64,000 nucleotides of DNA from a virus. A model generated the notes under the pieces. The model did no database searches. It had not been told where the DNA came from and saw nothing but the letters and a program-made list of their open reading frames with translations. The stretch lies in IMG/VR virus record IMGVR_UViG_3300005976_000005, positions 36,448 to 100,447 of that record, one strand, 5' to 3'. Shown here in pieces: positions 17,453 through 27,664 of the stretch (position 1 is its first letter; the number at the start of each line of letters is the position of its first letter). Position numbers and translations under genes: made by a program.

Positions 17453-18754
17453 TTACCCAATACGACTATCACCAAATCTATCTAAATGAACTTTAAAACC
17501 CCATGATGTAGGAGGGTTTTGATCTTTCTGAGACATCAACCAAAGTACTTTACATCTTGGCTGATGTGGTGCCGGTGCAAAACCATCCGTATAAATAATA
17601 GCCCCATCAACATTTTCTTCATCTGCCATATTCATTATCTGTTCAAAGTCAGTTCCTCCTCTTCCATGAACCTTAAATGTCTTTTTTGCTTTGTTGAAGT
17701 TCTTCTCAACAGATTTGATCTCAGTATCAAATTGAACAAAAGTTATTTTAGCAAAATTAAGCAGACGATTAATTGTATTAAGTCCATAAGCTAAATCTTC
17801 ATCACTCATACTTCCAGAAACGTCAATAGCAAAGATAACGCGAGGTTGATACAATCTTCTATAACCCGGTCGCTCAAGGTCCCATCTACGGTTAATCTTT
17901 AGCCTGCTTGTTTCAGTTCTACACGTCACAACTGAAGAACCAAATCTTCTTATTACATCACGGCAATCGACTTTTGGATCAAGCGCAGCCATAATAGACG
18001 CTTGTGCTGTTCCGGAATATTTTCCCCACATTCTGGTCTTGCTTCTGACTTTATTGACGAAGTTCTTTACATCAGCATCGAACCCGTTATTTTTACCCCA
18101 TGCTTGATTGGCATTACCATTTGGATTAGTGTGGGCTTTCATTGCTTCATCTTCGCTTTCAAACTGTTGGAAGCCCTGTTCGTCAGCATTCTCTTCCTTC
18201 TTATCAAACTGTTGCTCGGCAGATTGAATAGCCTTCTTTACGAAGTCCTGCTTCTCTTCATCTGACATCGAACCCCAAATTTGCTGAATCTTCTCTTCAG
18301 TCTCTTCTGCCTTCTCAAGCAATCCACGATAGTATTCCTCAAAAGCAAGGTTCTGTCCAAGACCAAACCTTTCAGGTGCTGGAGATATTTCATCCAAACC
18401 TTGAAGTAACTTTTCAAGATCGGAATTCATGAGCTGGTTTATAGTAAGAGAAGAAGCAAGCTGAGAGATATTTCCAGGCTCTCTCAACCTTGTCGTACAA
18501 TGTCGAAGAAGAACTCTGAACCCCTCAATGACAAGACACAGCTCAAGTCTCTCAAGAGAGATTTGATTTACGAAGTTAGGGTTGTATCTCAAGGAGACTC
18601 TATCGCTCCTTGAGACATCAATTCCCATCGTATCAAAACCCTGGTCTGGTATCTTGTCAAGAAGGCTAAGTGCTCTAAACATAACATTATCCTTGCGCCA
18701 AAGGCTGAATGTTACTCTGTCTATTCTTTGTTTAGCTTTTTCGATGTCTGCCAT
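17453..18754 (-). CDS. VWA-domain protein (DUF2201-like), MoxR partner
   Basis: DVSGSMS MIDAS, GRGGTDF, YTDG. Confidence 0.85.
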   Translation of the reverse strand: MADIEKAKQRIDRVTFSLWRKDNVMFRALSLLDKIPDQGFDTMGIDVSRSDRVSLRYNPNFVNQISLERLELCLVIEGFRVLLRHCTTRLREPGNISQLASSLTINQLMNSDLEKLLQGLDEISPAPERFGLGQNLAFEEYYRGLLEKAEETEEKIQQIWGSMSDEEKQDFVKKAIQSAEQQFDKKEENADEQGFQQFESEDEAMKAHTNPNGNANQAWGKNNGFDADVKNFVNKVRSKTRMWGKYSGTAQASIMAALDPKVDCRDVIRRFGSSVVTCRTETSRLKINRRWDLERPGYRRLYQPRVIFAIDVSGSMSDEDLAYGLNTINRLLNFAKITFVQFDTEIKSVEKNFNKAKKTFKVHGRGGTDFEQIMNMADEENVDGAIIYTDGFAPAPHQPRCKVLWLMSQKDQNPPTSWGFKVHLDRFGDSRIG

Positions 18755-18768
18755 CTCAGTTCCCTTCC

Positions 18769-20007
18769 TTACAAAAGATCGTTAATGTCTGGGTCCTTGA
18801 AATGATCTTCCTCAGCTTTCTTTTCATCAGGAGTCTTCCCGTGAAGTATATCTATAAAATCTTGAACAAATCCAGCATTGGAAGAAAGCAACTTCTGAGG
18901 CCATGTCTTCTTGTGTTCAACAGTTGCCTCTCCGATATAATCCATGAAGTCAGCAAGAATCTCCCTTGGTACTGACTTGAGGTACTGCCAGATGTTGAAT
19001 GCGTAAGTGTCTCGACTCTTGGAGCTTGACATCTCGCCGAAGTACTGATCCTCTTCTTCCTCAAGGTGCATAGCAAGCTCTGCGTTGAGCATGAGAAGTT
19101 CCTGGTTGTTAAGCTCACGAACCATCTGCTCGACCTTTTCATCCCAAGCAGTAACAATACGACCAGGATGGATTCCCTTCTTCTGTTCCTTGATGAAAGC
19201 ATAGAATGCTGCTGCCGAAGACTCTCCAACAATTCCAATAGCTACGTTTCGAAGAGTCACAAAATCTTCTTCGTTGAGTATTGAAGGATTGTTTTTGATT
19301 ATGTCGCTAACCCTAACCCATGAGCGACGAGATGGGTAAACAACTCCCATCTTACCATTAGAAGGTGGGTCAAGATGGATTGCACCATTCTTAGCAACAA
19401 ATCCAATCACGAGTTTGTGAACCTTATTGTCAACAGCCCAGTGAATCCAGTCATTTCTCGTTGGTCTGAATCCATACACATTGAACCTGTCAAGAAGTGC
19501 GGGATCGAGTTCTGTTACCTGGTAACCATACTTGTCATCAAGCGGGTTTATAGCTGCGATAATCCTTGTGTGTTCAGGAAGCTTCAAACCATTCAACTGA
19601 CGGTTGAGAGCCATATCCATAATACACTGGTAGACTTCCTGCTTTCCACGGTTGAACTCATCCAAGAAGATAACGAGCTTGGATTTCTCACTGCGAGGCC
19701 ACCACTTCGGAGGACAGAACTCGGTAATCTTCTGAGTAATCTTCTCACCGTTATACTCAAAAGTAACCTGGCTTCTGTCAGGCAAACCGATAAGGTCACC
19801 AGCATCGGCCATCTGTCCAAGGAAAAGCATAATGATAGCATAACCCTTCTCGACGAAGTACTGCTTTATGAACTCGGACTTTCCGATTCCGTGAATACCA
19901 ACAAACATGACTGCTTGATCTTCTGGAGTAATGTCCAGAATTTTCTTACAATCCTTGGCATTAAGCTCACTAAAGCTATCAAGTTGAACTGCGTCCATCT
20001 CACTCAT
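18769..20007 (-). CDS. MoxR-type AAA+ ATPase
   Basis: GIHGIGKS, FLDEFNR, AAINP, DPALLDRF, PSRRSW. Confidence 0.9.
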   Translation of the reverse strand: MSEMDAVQLDSFSELNAKDCKKILDITPEDQAVMFVGIHGIGKSEFIKQYFVEKGYAIIMLFLGQMADAGDLIGLPDRSQVTFEYNGEKITQKITEFCPPKWWPRSEKSKLVIFLDEFNRGKQEVYQCIMDMALNRQLNGLKLPEHTRIIAAINPLDDKYGYQVTELDPALLDRFNVYGFRPTRNDWIHWAVDNKVHKLVIGFVAKNGAIHLDPPSNGKMGVVYPSRRSWVRVSDIIKNNPSILNEEDFVTLRNVAIGIVGESSAAAFYAFIKEQKKGIHPGRIVTAWDEKVEQMVRELNNQELLMLNAELAMHLEEEEDQYFGEMSSSKSRDTYAFNIWQYLKSVPREILADFMDYIGEATVEHKKTWPQKLLSSNAGFVQDFIDILHGKTPDEKKAEEDHFKDPDINDLL

Positions 20008-20032
20008 TAAAAACTCCTTTCAAGAGGTTTTA

Positions 20033-20203
20033 TTATTTGTCAAAAATTTCTTCTAACTCATCATCATCAAAGTCTTCGCCGTGTTCTATTAATCTAAGGT
20101 ATTCGTTTACCTTTGTTCTTTTTTGCTTATGAGACTTTCCATTCTTTCGCTTTCCCCAGTTGTCATCTTCATTGAAGTAATTCTCCTTAAAAGTCTTACT
20201 CAT
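20033..20203 (-). CDS. small acidic hypothetical protein (56 aa, not in ORF track)
   Basis: MSKTFKENYFNEDDNWGK...EEIFDK. Confidence 0.55.
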   Translation of the reverse strand: MSKTFKENYFNEDDNWGKRKNGKSHKQKRTKVNEYLRLIEHGEDFDDDELEEIFDK

Positions 20204-20732
20204 TTCCTGTGCTCCTTTTACTAGTTCCTTCTACAATTTTGTTGGGCGTTGAAATATTTTTCTTTCTTTTTATCATTTTTGAGAGCCAACATTTGTCGCA
20301 CGTTGTTACGTTTGTAGCATCAATCTGTCTCAAAAAATACTTTTTACAAAACTTACATCGGCAAATCTTTCCGTGAAGGACAATATCAACCTTCTCACGA
20401 AACGTATAAGTTTCTGTGATAATTCCCCACAAAGATATCTTTTTGAATAATGTTTTCATTTTACTATGAATGTTATAGTTGTATTCGTTGATTTCAGTGA
20501 ACATTGTACAGTTATAACACTCTTTGACTTGGTTCCATATCAAACTTATGTGTTCGAACTGCCAGTCTCCCCTCTTCATAAAGTGACAACATCCATTCAT
20601 CTGGTACGGCTTGTCCTTCCTGATAGTCCAGTAAGGACATAAACCTTCTTCATCGTAACAGTAGCATCCTTGAGGTATTGATTCAATAAGAGGCGCTTTA
20701 TTTGATTTGTTGTATTTTCCTATTCCAAACAT
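20196..20732 (-). CDS. Cys-rich hypothetical protein, possibly a fusion of two small genes
   Basis: IPQGCYCY...CPYW...QVKEC module followed by an unrelated CxxC module. Confidence 0.55.
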   Translation of the reverse strand: MFGIGKYNKSNKAPLIESIPQGCYCYDEEGLCPYWTIRKDKPYQMNGCCHFMKRGDWQFEHISLIWNQVKECYNCTMFTEINEYNYNIHSKMKTLFKKISLWGIITETYTFREKVDIVLHGKICRCKFCKKYFLRQIDATNVTTCDKCWLSKMIKRKKNISTPNKIVEGTSKRSTGNE

Positions 20733-20759
20733 CCTACTAGAACCTTTCCGTCCACATAT

Positions 20760-20788
20760 AATATAACATTAATATTTATTGGTGTCAA
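20760..20788 (-). promoter_or_regulatory. sigma70-type early promoter
   Basis: TTGACA 20788-20783, 17 nt, TATATT 20765-20760. Confidence 0.7.
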
Positions 20789-20824
20789 TAGTTTCTCATA
20801 AAAAATATAAATACTAATTGAAGT

Positions 20825-21001
20825 ATGGAGACAGCTCCGGCCAGAGTTTCTTTGCTTACTCAAGGATTATCCTTACTTCAATACTTCGATACAAGAAGCT
20901 TATACTATTCAAAAAGTATAGAATACAATGACAAAATTAAATCTAAGTTTTGTGTCAACAATAACATAAAACTTTTACAGAATTCAAACGTATTAATATA
21001 A
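20825..21001 (+). pseudogene. homing-endonuclease-like remnant
   Basis: NDKIKSKFCVNNNIKLL C-terminal motif; TATAAATA at 20806-20813 upstream. Confidence 0.55.
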
Positions 21002-21538
21002 TTTTAGAATTCTATATGAGTCGACTACAAACCTAATTTGGAATTTACAATCGGAAACGGCGCTGTGCTTAACATCAAGTTTATCTTCAAACTTTTTAAC
21101 AGAAACTTTAGATAGCCAAGATATAGTACGACAGTCCATAATTCTTTTGTAACTCCAAGGAGTTTTCAAACCAAAGGAGGAATATGCTTGATTTAGTAAT
21201 GGAATATCAAATCCATTACCCCAAACTTTGAAATCGTCAATTAAATTATCTTTACAGAACTCAGACAACTTGTAAAGAGAATTCTTCAAATCAAATTCTC
21301 TGTGTGCTTGTATCTGTTTATTTCTAGCTTCAAATTCCTGACTCATCCAAAACTTTATAGTACTCCACTCAACCTTCCTATTTCCAATTTGTTCTTGAAC
21401 TTCTGGATAAATCTCAAATTCATTTCCAGTCTCTCCTTCAAAATTGAAGGGAACTGCTCCTATTTCTATGACAACAGCATCGGCACAGACTCCAAATGTT
21501 TCTAGGTCAATCATAAGATTATCAAACTTATTCATCAT
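20993..21538 (-). CDS. DEDDh 3'-5' exo(ribo)nuclease
   Basis: MIDLETFG, WGNGFD, HSAVSDC. Confidence 0.85.
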   Translation of the reverse strand: MMNKFDNLMIDLETFGVCADAVVIEIGAVPFNFEGETGNEFEIYPEVQEQIGNRKVEWSTIKFWMSQEFEARNKQIQAHREFDLKNSLYKLSEFCKDNLIDDFKVWGNGFDIPLLNQAYSSFGLKTPWSYKRIMDCRTISWLSKVSVKKFEDKLDVKHSAVSDCKFQIRFVVDSYRILKLY

Positions 21539-21848
21539 TCAAACCTTTCTCTAAACGTTCTCTGGTTTCTTCTACTATCTTTTCGTATTCGTTTATCCAA
21601 TCAACAATCTCGTTTATCTTATCGAGGATGTCATTGTCGTCAACTAGATATTTACTTTTTAGTCTTTCCATGAGCAATTCTCTCCAATACATTTTCTAAA
21701 CAAAGTGTTAATTTATCGATGTTTTCTAACAGCACCATAAATGTGATAGCTAAGAAAATGAAAGCTAGACACGGAAAAAATAAACAAGAATTTCTATGAA
21801 ATTTGAATACATAATTTATCTCCCACTCGTTTTAATAATGAATACGAT

Positions 21849-22040
21849 TTATGCTTTACCAATGGGCATTCCAGCTTTTATGTAGCAATCAGTACAGTAG
21901 AATAAACCAGTTTCTCTGTTGAATGTTCCTTCGTTGTACCTTACATATTCCTCAGGTGTGCATTCACAATCTTCAGCTTCAATGATGTACTCTTTCAATT
22001 CTGAAGGATTCTTGTTACAAACCTTACATCTCATTTCCAT
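21849..22040 (-). CDS. small zinc-binding hypothetical protein
   Basis: CKVC...FYCTDCY. Confidence 0.7.
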   Translation of the reverse strand: MEMRCKVCNKNPSELKEYIIEAEDCECTPEEYVRYNEGTFNRETGLFYCTDCYIKAGMPIGKA

Positions 22041-22995
22041 AATCTCTCCTTACTATCTGTAAAGCTCTTTCTACGACTGGCTTCAAGTCACATCCATATA
22101 AACCGGCACAACTGAAACTATTAAGTTCCATAACGTGAAACTTGTAGTCAGAAGTTTGGCAAATATCAACGGTATACATTGGGTCTGGCTGGTAAACCAT
22201 AGCAGTGTCAGCAGCCAATTCAAATGCTTCATCTTCCCACTTAGCAACATATTCAGATTCGTAATCTCTTTTGTATTGACTTCCTGAAATGATTTCACCT
22301 TCAGAAGCAATGAACCTCCACTCTGCTATAATGTCGTACCAGCTTGGTTTGGCTATAAGAAGTATATCATCTTCCTTACATCCCATCCTTACCCAGAACC
22401 AATCCTGGTTCCAGTAAGGTTCTCTGTACATAAAGACCATTCCTGTAAATGGCTTTAGTCCTGATGAAGGTCTTATGAATATCCTGTTAGTCTTATCCTC
22501 ACCATACTCTTTGAGAATTGAGGGCATGTTTTTCTCTACGTTAGCTCTTGTCTCAAACAGACAATCACCATTGAAGAGAGGTAATCCAGCTTCTTTGAGA
22601 ATTGGATAGTATTTGACACACTCGTAGTTATCAACTGTCAACCAAGGACCTGGCTTCCAGTTGGTTTCCTTCTTTATTTGAAGAGCTAAGTTGATTGAGG
22701 TCTGAGCCAATACAATGTCATCATCGTCGAAGAAGTTGAGCTTAGCACCATCGAATGGGATGTACTTCTCAGAACGGACAACACAACCTTGATTTCTTGC
22801 TTCTTCAGCAAGCACATCAAACTTATTGTCCATAAACCATTTTGAATTTATCATGTAATACCTACCATCTCTTTCTTTTATTATAATATAACATATTATA
22901 CCAATGCTGTCAAGATGCTTCTTCCACATCTCTGTTTCTTTTCTAACGCATTCTGATTTCCATTCTCCAAAACCTTCTATAACGAACTTAATCAT
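22024..22995 (-). CDS. ATP-grasp protein (DUF4343-like)
   Basis: IFIRPSSGLKPFTG, EWRF, VDI, MELNSFSCAGLY; start uncertain. Confidence 0.75.
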   Translation of the reverse strand: MIKFVIEGFGEWKSECVRKETEMWKKHLDSIGIICYIIIKERDGRYYMINSKWFMDNKFDVLAEEARNQGCVVRSEKYIPFDGAKLNFFDDDDIVLAQTSINLALQIKKETNWKPGPWLTVDNYECVKYYPILKEAGLPLFNGDCLFETRANVEKNMPSILKEYGEDKTNRIFIRPSSGLKPFTGMVFMYREPYWNQDWFWVRMGCKEDDILLIAKPSWYDIIAEWRFIASEGEIISGSQYKRDYESEYVAKWEDEAFELAADTAMVYQPDPMYTVDICQTSDYKFHVMELNSFSCAGLYGCDLKPVVERALQIVRRDYGNEM

Positions 22996-23206
22996 TTTTC
23001 TTCCTTATTTCATATCCAAGCTCATGAAGCTCATAAATAAGTTCACAGACAAGCGAAGCTCTTGTTGCTTGTTCTATGTAGTTGTAAAGTTTACCACTCT
23101 CGTCAAATTTAGCATTAGCAGCATTATGAAAAGAAGTATATAATGCGTTATACTCATCATGACCAAACATCTTACATAACTTATTCTTCATCTTTCTTCT
23201 CCACAA
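22988..23206 (-). CDS. hypothetical protein
   Basis: 72 aa ORF. Confidence 0.55.
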   Translation of the reverse strand: MWRRKMKNKLCKMFGHDEYNALYTSFHNAANAKFDESGKLYNYIEQATRASLVCELIYELHELGYEIRKKND

Positions 23207-23333
23207 ATTCTAGACAATCACAATATTTACATCCAACATTTTCCATATTATCGTATGAGTCAAAATGTCCACACTTACATATTCTATCGTCACCATAGTA
23301 AGGATTGTAAACATCGAGAACTATTTCTTTATA

Positions 23334-23477
23334 TTATTCATCATCCTCTATCTTTTGTATCTTTACAGAAGAAGCTGTCATATTCAACTGATCGTAAATA
23401 AACTCCTCACAAGCTTCTTCCATCTCTTCTTCAGTTTCATAACCATCCAACCACAAATCAACAATAAACTTTGGCAT
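23334..23477 (-). CDS. small acidic hypothetical protein (47 aa, not in ORF track)
   Basis: MPKFIVDLWLDGYETEEEMEEACEEF with AAGGAG SD. Confidence 0.6.
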   Translation of the reverse strand: MPKFIVDLWLDGYETEEEMEEACEEFIYDQLNMTASSVKIQKIEDDE

Positions 23478-23479
23478 AA

Positions 23480-24280
23480 TTACTCCTTATCAACGTCTAC
23501 AAATTTCTGAATGTAATCTCTATCCTTAGTAAAGATTGGAGGTTCTTTGTCAATGTAATACTCAGTTCTGATAGTCCCATCGTAATCGTAACCGACTGAC
23601 ACTGCTTTATTATCAACCACATTTATAGATGTCTGTTTCATTTCGGATACAAAGTACCTTTTATAAACACAACTACCCATCTTCTTCTCTGTATCAATGT
23701 CGTTCCAGTTGATGCCTTTCTGACTCCAAAGCATCTCCTGAATTTCATCACATGACTTTCCATGAAGTTCCTTGTGAGAAAAGACGGATTGACCTACCAT
23801 TTGAATACTGTTTCTTGTGGCATCTTGTTGGCGCCAGATGAAGTAGTTCACCACTTCTTCTTTTGGAATACTAAAAACACGGGCATCAAAGAATGCTGGT
23901 TTACCAAATCCATAATTCTTGAAGAATATTCTGTTAAAATAAGCCGTACACATAGAAGCAGCAACAGAAACTATCTTCTGAACCTTATAGTCGAACCATG
24001 CCTGAGTCTTAAACTTTTTATAGTCAGTCAGGAGAAGGCTAATTTCATCTGACTGTGTGTACCCAAACTCACAACCTTCGATATTTTCTACCAAATTTCT
24101 TGTGGTGGTTGTCATACATTGTATTAAGTTTTCATCAAAAGGTCTTTTCATTCCTTTTGTGAATGTATGAAAAGCTTTACCGTCTAAACGAATTATAACA
24201 GGAGTCCTGCGAGTAAGTCTCGTTTGTGAGACAGACTCGTAGTTTGTTTTCATTCTGTCACCAAGTGAAGTTTTATCCAT
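23480..24280 (-). CDS. thg1: tRNA(His) guanylyltransferase Thg1-like
   Basis: RLDGKAFHTFT, YTQSDEISLL, AFFDAR, YFIWRQQDA.RNSI. Confidence 0.92.
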   Translation of the reverse strand: MDKTSLGDRMKTNYESVSQTRLTRRTPVIIRLDGKAFHTFTKGMKRPFDENLIQCMTTTTRNLVENIEGCEFGYTQSDEISLLLTDYKKFKTQAWFDYKVQKIVSVAASMCTAYFNRIFFKNYGFGKPAFFDARVFSIPKEEVVNYFIWRQQDATRNSIQMVGQSVFSHKELHGKSCDEIQEMLWSQKGINWNDIDTEKKMGSCVYKRYFVSEMKQTSINVVDNKAVSVGYDYDGTIRTEYYIDKEPPIFTKDRDYIQKFVDVDKE

Positions 24281-24331
24281 TATTCATTTACCTCTTTTTA
24301 AATCCATTTTCAAAATATACTGCAGGTTCCA

Positions 24332-24556
24332 TTATCTTTTCCTCTTTGGGCACCACTTTGGTACTGGTGGAAGTTTCTCATGCCAATCAACATATCCTGC
24401 TATTAGCCTTGGTAATTCCTTAGGTGTTTTTTTATAGCAATAATAGTCAAAGGCTACCTCAAAAGAATCTCCAGTGTAGGTTCTCTTCTTTTGGCATTCT
24501 TTACATTCCAAACAATCCTTTATATAGATTGCTGTCTTACTCATTACTTTCTCCAA
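24332..24556 (-). CDS. Cys-rich hypothetical protein
   Basis: CLECKEC ... PKWCP. Confidence 0.6.
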   Translation of the reverse strand: MEKVMSKTAIYIKDCLECKECQKKRTYTGDSFEVAFDYYCYKKTPKELPRLIAGYVDWHEKLPPVPKWCPKRKR

Positions 24557-24827
24557 ATGCTCTTACGAAAGCTTTTCCAAAATCTTTTTCTGAGTCTTCA
24601 TCCTCAGTTTCTTCACTCTCACTTTCAATGTCTCTCTCGCTGTCAGTTGTAAATTCTGTTACAAAACACTTCTTGCCTTTTATCTCAGAGAAGTCATTAC
24701 TATTATTGAATTGACAATGCTCAACATTCACTCCGAACTTCTCTAGTGCTTTTGATATAATAGAAACTAACTTCGTTTTACCTGATCTTTCCGCTCCAAT
24801 CACCTGAATAATAAAATCATTTTTCAT
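24537..24827 (-). CDS. hypothetical protein
   Basis: 96 aa ORF with acidic tail. Confidence 0.55.
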   Translation of the reverse strand: MKNDFIIQVIGAERSGKTKLVSIISKALEKFGVNVEHCQFNNSNDFSEIKGKKCFVTEFTTDSERDIESESEETEDEDSEKDFGKAFVRAFGESNE

Positions 24828-24862
24828 TGTTATTTCCTCATCTATTCTCCGATCGTATAAAG

Positions 24863-25264
24863 TTAAGTTCTTTCATAGCCCTTCACAAGCGTATCGTTGT
24901 ACCACTTTCTTCTTTCCAAGTTCATAGCAGTACCCGACTTCTCGCAACCAGGTCTAACCCAAGCAATGTCAGCATCGGATGCCTTTGTCATTGCGAAGTC
25001 TCTATCCGCACCGCTATTGAAATTTCCGATGAGAGTAAACCCTGCGTTGTGTCTGGGATTGTCAAACATATGGTAAATGGTTACTTCCTTTACACCCATA
25101 GCCTTTAGATACTTTTGTGCCAAATCATCAACACCCTCACAATCACCAACCACGAAACTTACATCTGATTCGTTGATCTTATTCCACAGAACAGGTTCGT
25201 AATGCTTAATGAATTCTTCTTCAGTAATGTTCCTGTGACCCGAAATGAAATAAGTCTTACTCAT
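24863..25264 (-). CDS. SLOG-family (YspA/DUF2493-like) protein
   Basis: FISGHR, VVGDCEGVD, RDFAM, SGT motifs. Confidence 0.7.
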   Translation of the reverse strand: MSKTYFISGHRNITEEEFIKHYEPVLWNKINESDVSFVVGDCEGVDDLAQKYLKAMGVKEVTIYHMFDNPRHNAGFTLIGNFNSGADRDFAMTKASDADIAWVRPGCEKSGTAMNLERRKWYNDTLVKGYERT

Positions 25265-25492
25265 TAAACCTCCATATAAATGCGTGCGTTATTTATAACA
25301 ACAAATCCCCATGTAACAATTGCTAAACCGTCAATGAATGTTGTGAACTCAGGTGTAAAGTTGAGTAAATATACCTCTCTTTACATGTTGATGGAAACAA
25401 AAACATGGAGCCTATGTTCATCACTAACAGAGCTACAAGAATGATGTTAATTGTGTGGATCATATAGAACCTTTCGTCGATTGTTTATAAAA

Positions 25493-25534
25493 AATATAAC
25501 ATGTTATGGCTCCCATGTCAAGAAGCCATAACAT
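25493..25534 (-). promoter_or_regulatory. early promoter whose -35 box lies in the loop of an 11-bp stem
   Basis: TTGACA 25521-25516, 17 nt, TATATT 25498-25493; inverted repeat 25501-25511 / 25524-25534. Confidence 0.65.
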
Positions 25535-25538
25535 TTGA

Positions 25539-26483
25539 TTAGCACGAAGCAGGACCTCCTGCCCAACGTGATTCCATCTTGTCAAGCCTTTCCCAAACAT
25601 CTTTGGCTGTTATGTACTCTGATTGTACTTTACCAAAATTATCAAAGCTACCATACCAACTCTCAATACATTCTGCGAGAAGAACTTTTAGTTCTCCAAG
25701 ACGAGGCTTTGGTGAAATAGCATTTTGAGTTAGTGCCTTCTTCTCAAGAGCTTCAAGTCTTTCACTTACAACTCTTTCAAATGTCTTCCATTCGCCCCAT
25801 TCACCCTTTCTCATTGCCTTACACTCTTCCTTGTTTCTCATAAGGTCAATGGTTCCCTCGTCAAGAAGTTGGTTGAGTTGGTCAAGAAGTCTCAATGAAT
25901 GATAAGCCATCTTGGTATCGTAACCCCACTTGTCAAGGTACTCCTGTCTTTTAGGAGTCTCTGCTTTACCTCTTTCAACACAACGACGGATTCGAGCAAC
26001 TTGCTGAAATAAGTATCCTTTGAAGGCATTGAATGTCCTCATAGAAAGAAACTTATGCTTGTTATCTCTGAGCATCCAAGCAATGTCAGTTCCAAATGTA
26101 ACAAGATGTCTCCTTACAAAAAGAACTTCAATAAGGTTTGGAGAACCCTTTACTCCAGCAAGATAGAAAAATCTTACGAGACTGTTCCATTCACCTTCAA
26201 CATCTGAATGAGTACTATCTGGAATAACAATACGCTTGTTCTCACCCTTGACTTCCTTGAACTCAAAGTTTGGAACAGTCTCAAATCCAGGAATGTATCC
26301 GTACCTTTGAGGCCATAGATGTTCCTCTTTTGGCATAACAAGAGCAACAATGTCAACGTCTGATTCTGGAGTTGCCAATCCGTAAGCCTGGCTTCCCATA
26401 ATACATTCGTAAAGAAGATTTGACGAAAGCCATTGCTCGTCCTTATTGAATCTCTCTCTTGCGAAGAGTTCAGTATAAATCAT
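25539..26483 (-). CDS. nucleotidyltransferase (T4 NrdC.11-like family)
   Basis: GSQAYGLATPESDVDI, GSPNLIEVLF, K.AYH.LRL. Confidence 0.85.
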   Translation of the reverse strand: MIYTELFARERFNKDEQWLSSNLLYECIMGSQAYGLATPESDVDIVALVMPKEEHLWPQRYGYIPGFETVPNFEFKEVKGENKRIVIPDSTHSDVEGEWNSLVRFFYLAGVKGSPNLIEVLFVRRHLVTFGTDIAWMLRDNKHKFLSMRTFNAFKGYLFQQVARIRRCVERGKAETPKRQEYLDKWGYDTKMAYHSLRLLDQLNQLLDEGTIDLMRNKEECKAMRKGEWGEWKTFERVVSERLEALEKKALTQNAISPKPRLGELKVLLAECIESWYGSFDNFGKVQSEYITAKDVWERLDKMESRWAGGPASC

Positions 26484-26570
26484 TTTTTACCACTCCTTTT
26501 ATCATTTAATCCAATAGTTCCTCAGCATCTCCTCCATATATACTTCTTATCATTTCTCTCAAAGTCATTT

Positions 26571-27206
26571 CTACCTCAGTTCATTTCTAACAACCTTCTC
26601 ATTCATCCAATGTGTTCCTGTCTGTACGTGGTTCTCTCTCACGTACTTTACTACTGAGGTTCCAAAATCATCGATTCTGAACCTATCAAAAAGCCTCACA
26701 ACATATCCTTCGACTTCATCCTTTGAAGTCCTAACATAATCATTGAAAGCTTTCTGGATTGCTGAGATGTTATATTCTCCCGTGTAAATTACGGGAACTG
26801 TAGCAAGCTCCAAAATATCTGAAATCAGTTTGGTTTCATTCCAATCAAGACAAACGTCGTTTTCCCAAGCAGAAAAAACAAGGAAGTAGTCTTCTAAGTT
26901 CTTGTAATGAATGGAGTGCTTGGCATAAAGGTTCTCACCACATACCCTGACATTCTCTCCAATAATACCCATTACTTTCTCTGCCCAAATCCTTTTTACA
27001 AATGTACGTGAAGGATGATTAGCAGAGTCCATAGAACGAGCATGGATACCTTTATGATACATTGAAGTATTCTCACCATCCATCTTTATGGTTACAACAA
27101 CTTCCTTATCAATAAAGTGCTCATCAGTGCTTAGCACCTTATCATCATTGGTTGCTCCCGGAGACCAAGGGAGATGAAATGTTCTCGGATACTTGTACGT
27201 TCTCAT
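26571..27206 (-). CDS. RNA ligase (Rnl2-like family)
   Basis: KYPRTFHLPWS, KMDGEN, GENL, EGYVVR, KYVR. Confidence 0.85.
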   Translation of the reverse strand: MRTYKYPRTFHLPWSPGATNDDKVLSTDEHFIDKEVVVTIKMDGENTSMYHKGIHARSMDSANHPSRTFVKRIWAEKVMGIIGENVRVCGENLYAKHSIHYKNLEDYFLVFSAWENDVCLDWNETKLISDILELATVPVIYTGEYNISAIQKAFNDYVRTSKDEVEGYVVRLFDRFRIDDFGTSVVKYVRENHVQTGTHWMNEKVVRNELR

Positions 27207-27216
27207 AATGACAATC

Positions 27217-27489
27217 CTATTTGACCTTCAGATTCAATCCTCTCTTTTTCCATTCTCCAGTACCAAAGCACCAATTACACAAAACCTTATTGGGACATGC
27301 TACAAAGCAATCGAAAAGTTCGCTGAACTCAACTTCAATAGCCATCCACCTTCCATCAAGTTTATAGCTACTATTCCAAAAAGTTTCAAGCTTTTTTCCA
27401 CAACACATACAGATATGAATAATTTTGAAGTGTCTTATCTTATCAACCTTGTTCTTTCTTTCTTGCCAAGTAGTCGCATAGTCAAACAT
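27217..27489 (-). CDS. hypothetical zinc-binding protein
   Basis: CMCC...CNWC. Confidence 0.55.
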   Translation of the reverse strand: MFDYATTWQERKNKVDKIRHFKIIHICMCCGKKLETFWNSSYKLDGRWMAIEVEFSELFDCFVACPNKVLCNWCFGTGEWKKRGLNLKVK

Positions 27490-27664
27490 TGTATTCTATT
27501 CAAGACCGTGACCAAGAATAGTTCCTATCACACCCACAAATTCTACTTCACTGTCTGACCTATCAAAAGCTCTCACCATGTCTCCTATCATATCCATTAC
27601 TCTGCGAAGGAAGAACAAACAAATGGCACACCACATAATGAAGGTAAGCATATCTAATCCTTTC

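Noticed and set aside
24537-24827. P-loop NTPase from GAERSGKT
   Set aside because: ORF too short for a complete NTPase domain
25290-25297. Late promoter motif TATAAATA
   Set aside because: Lies inside a decayed small ORF in an early region; likely chance in AT-rich DNA
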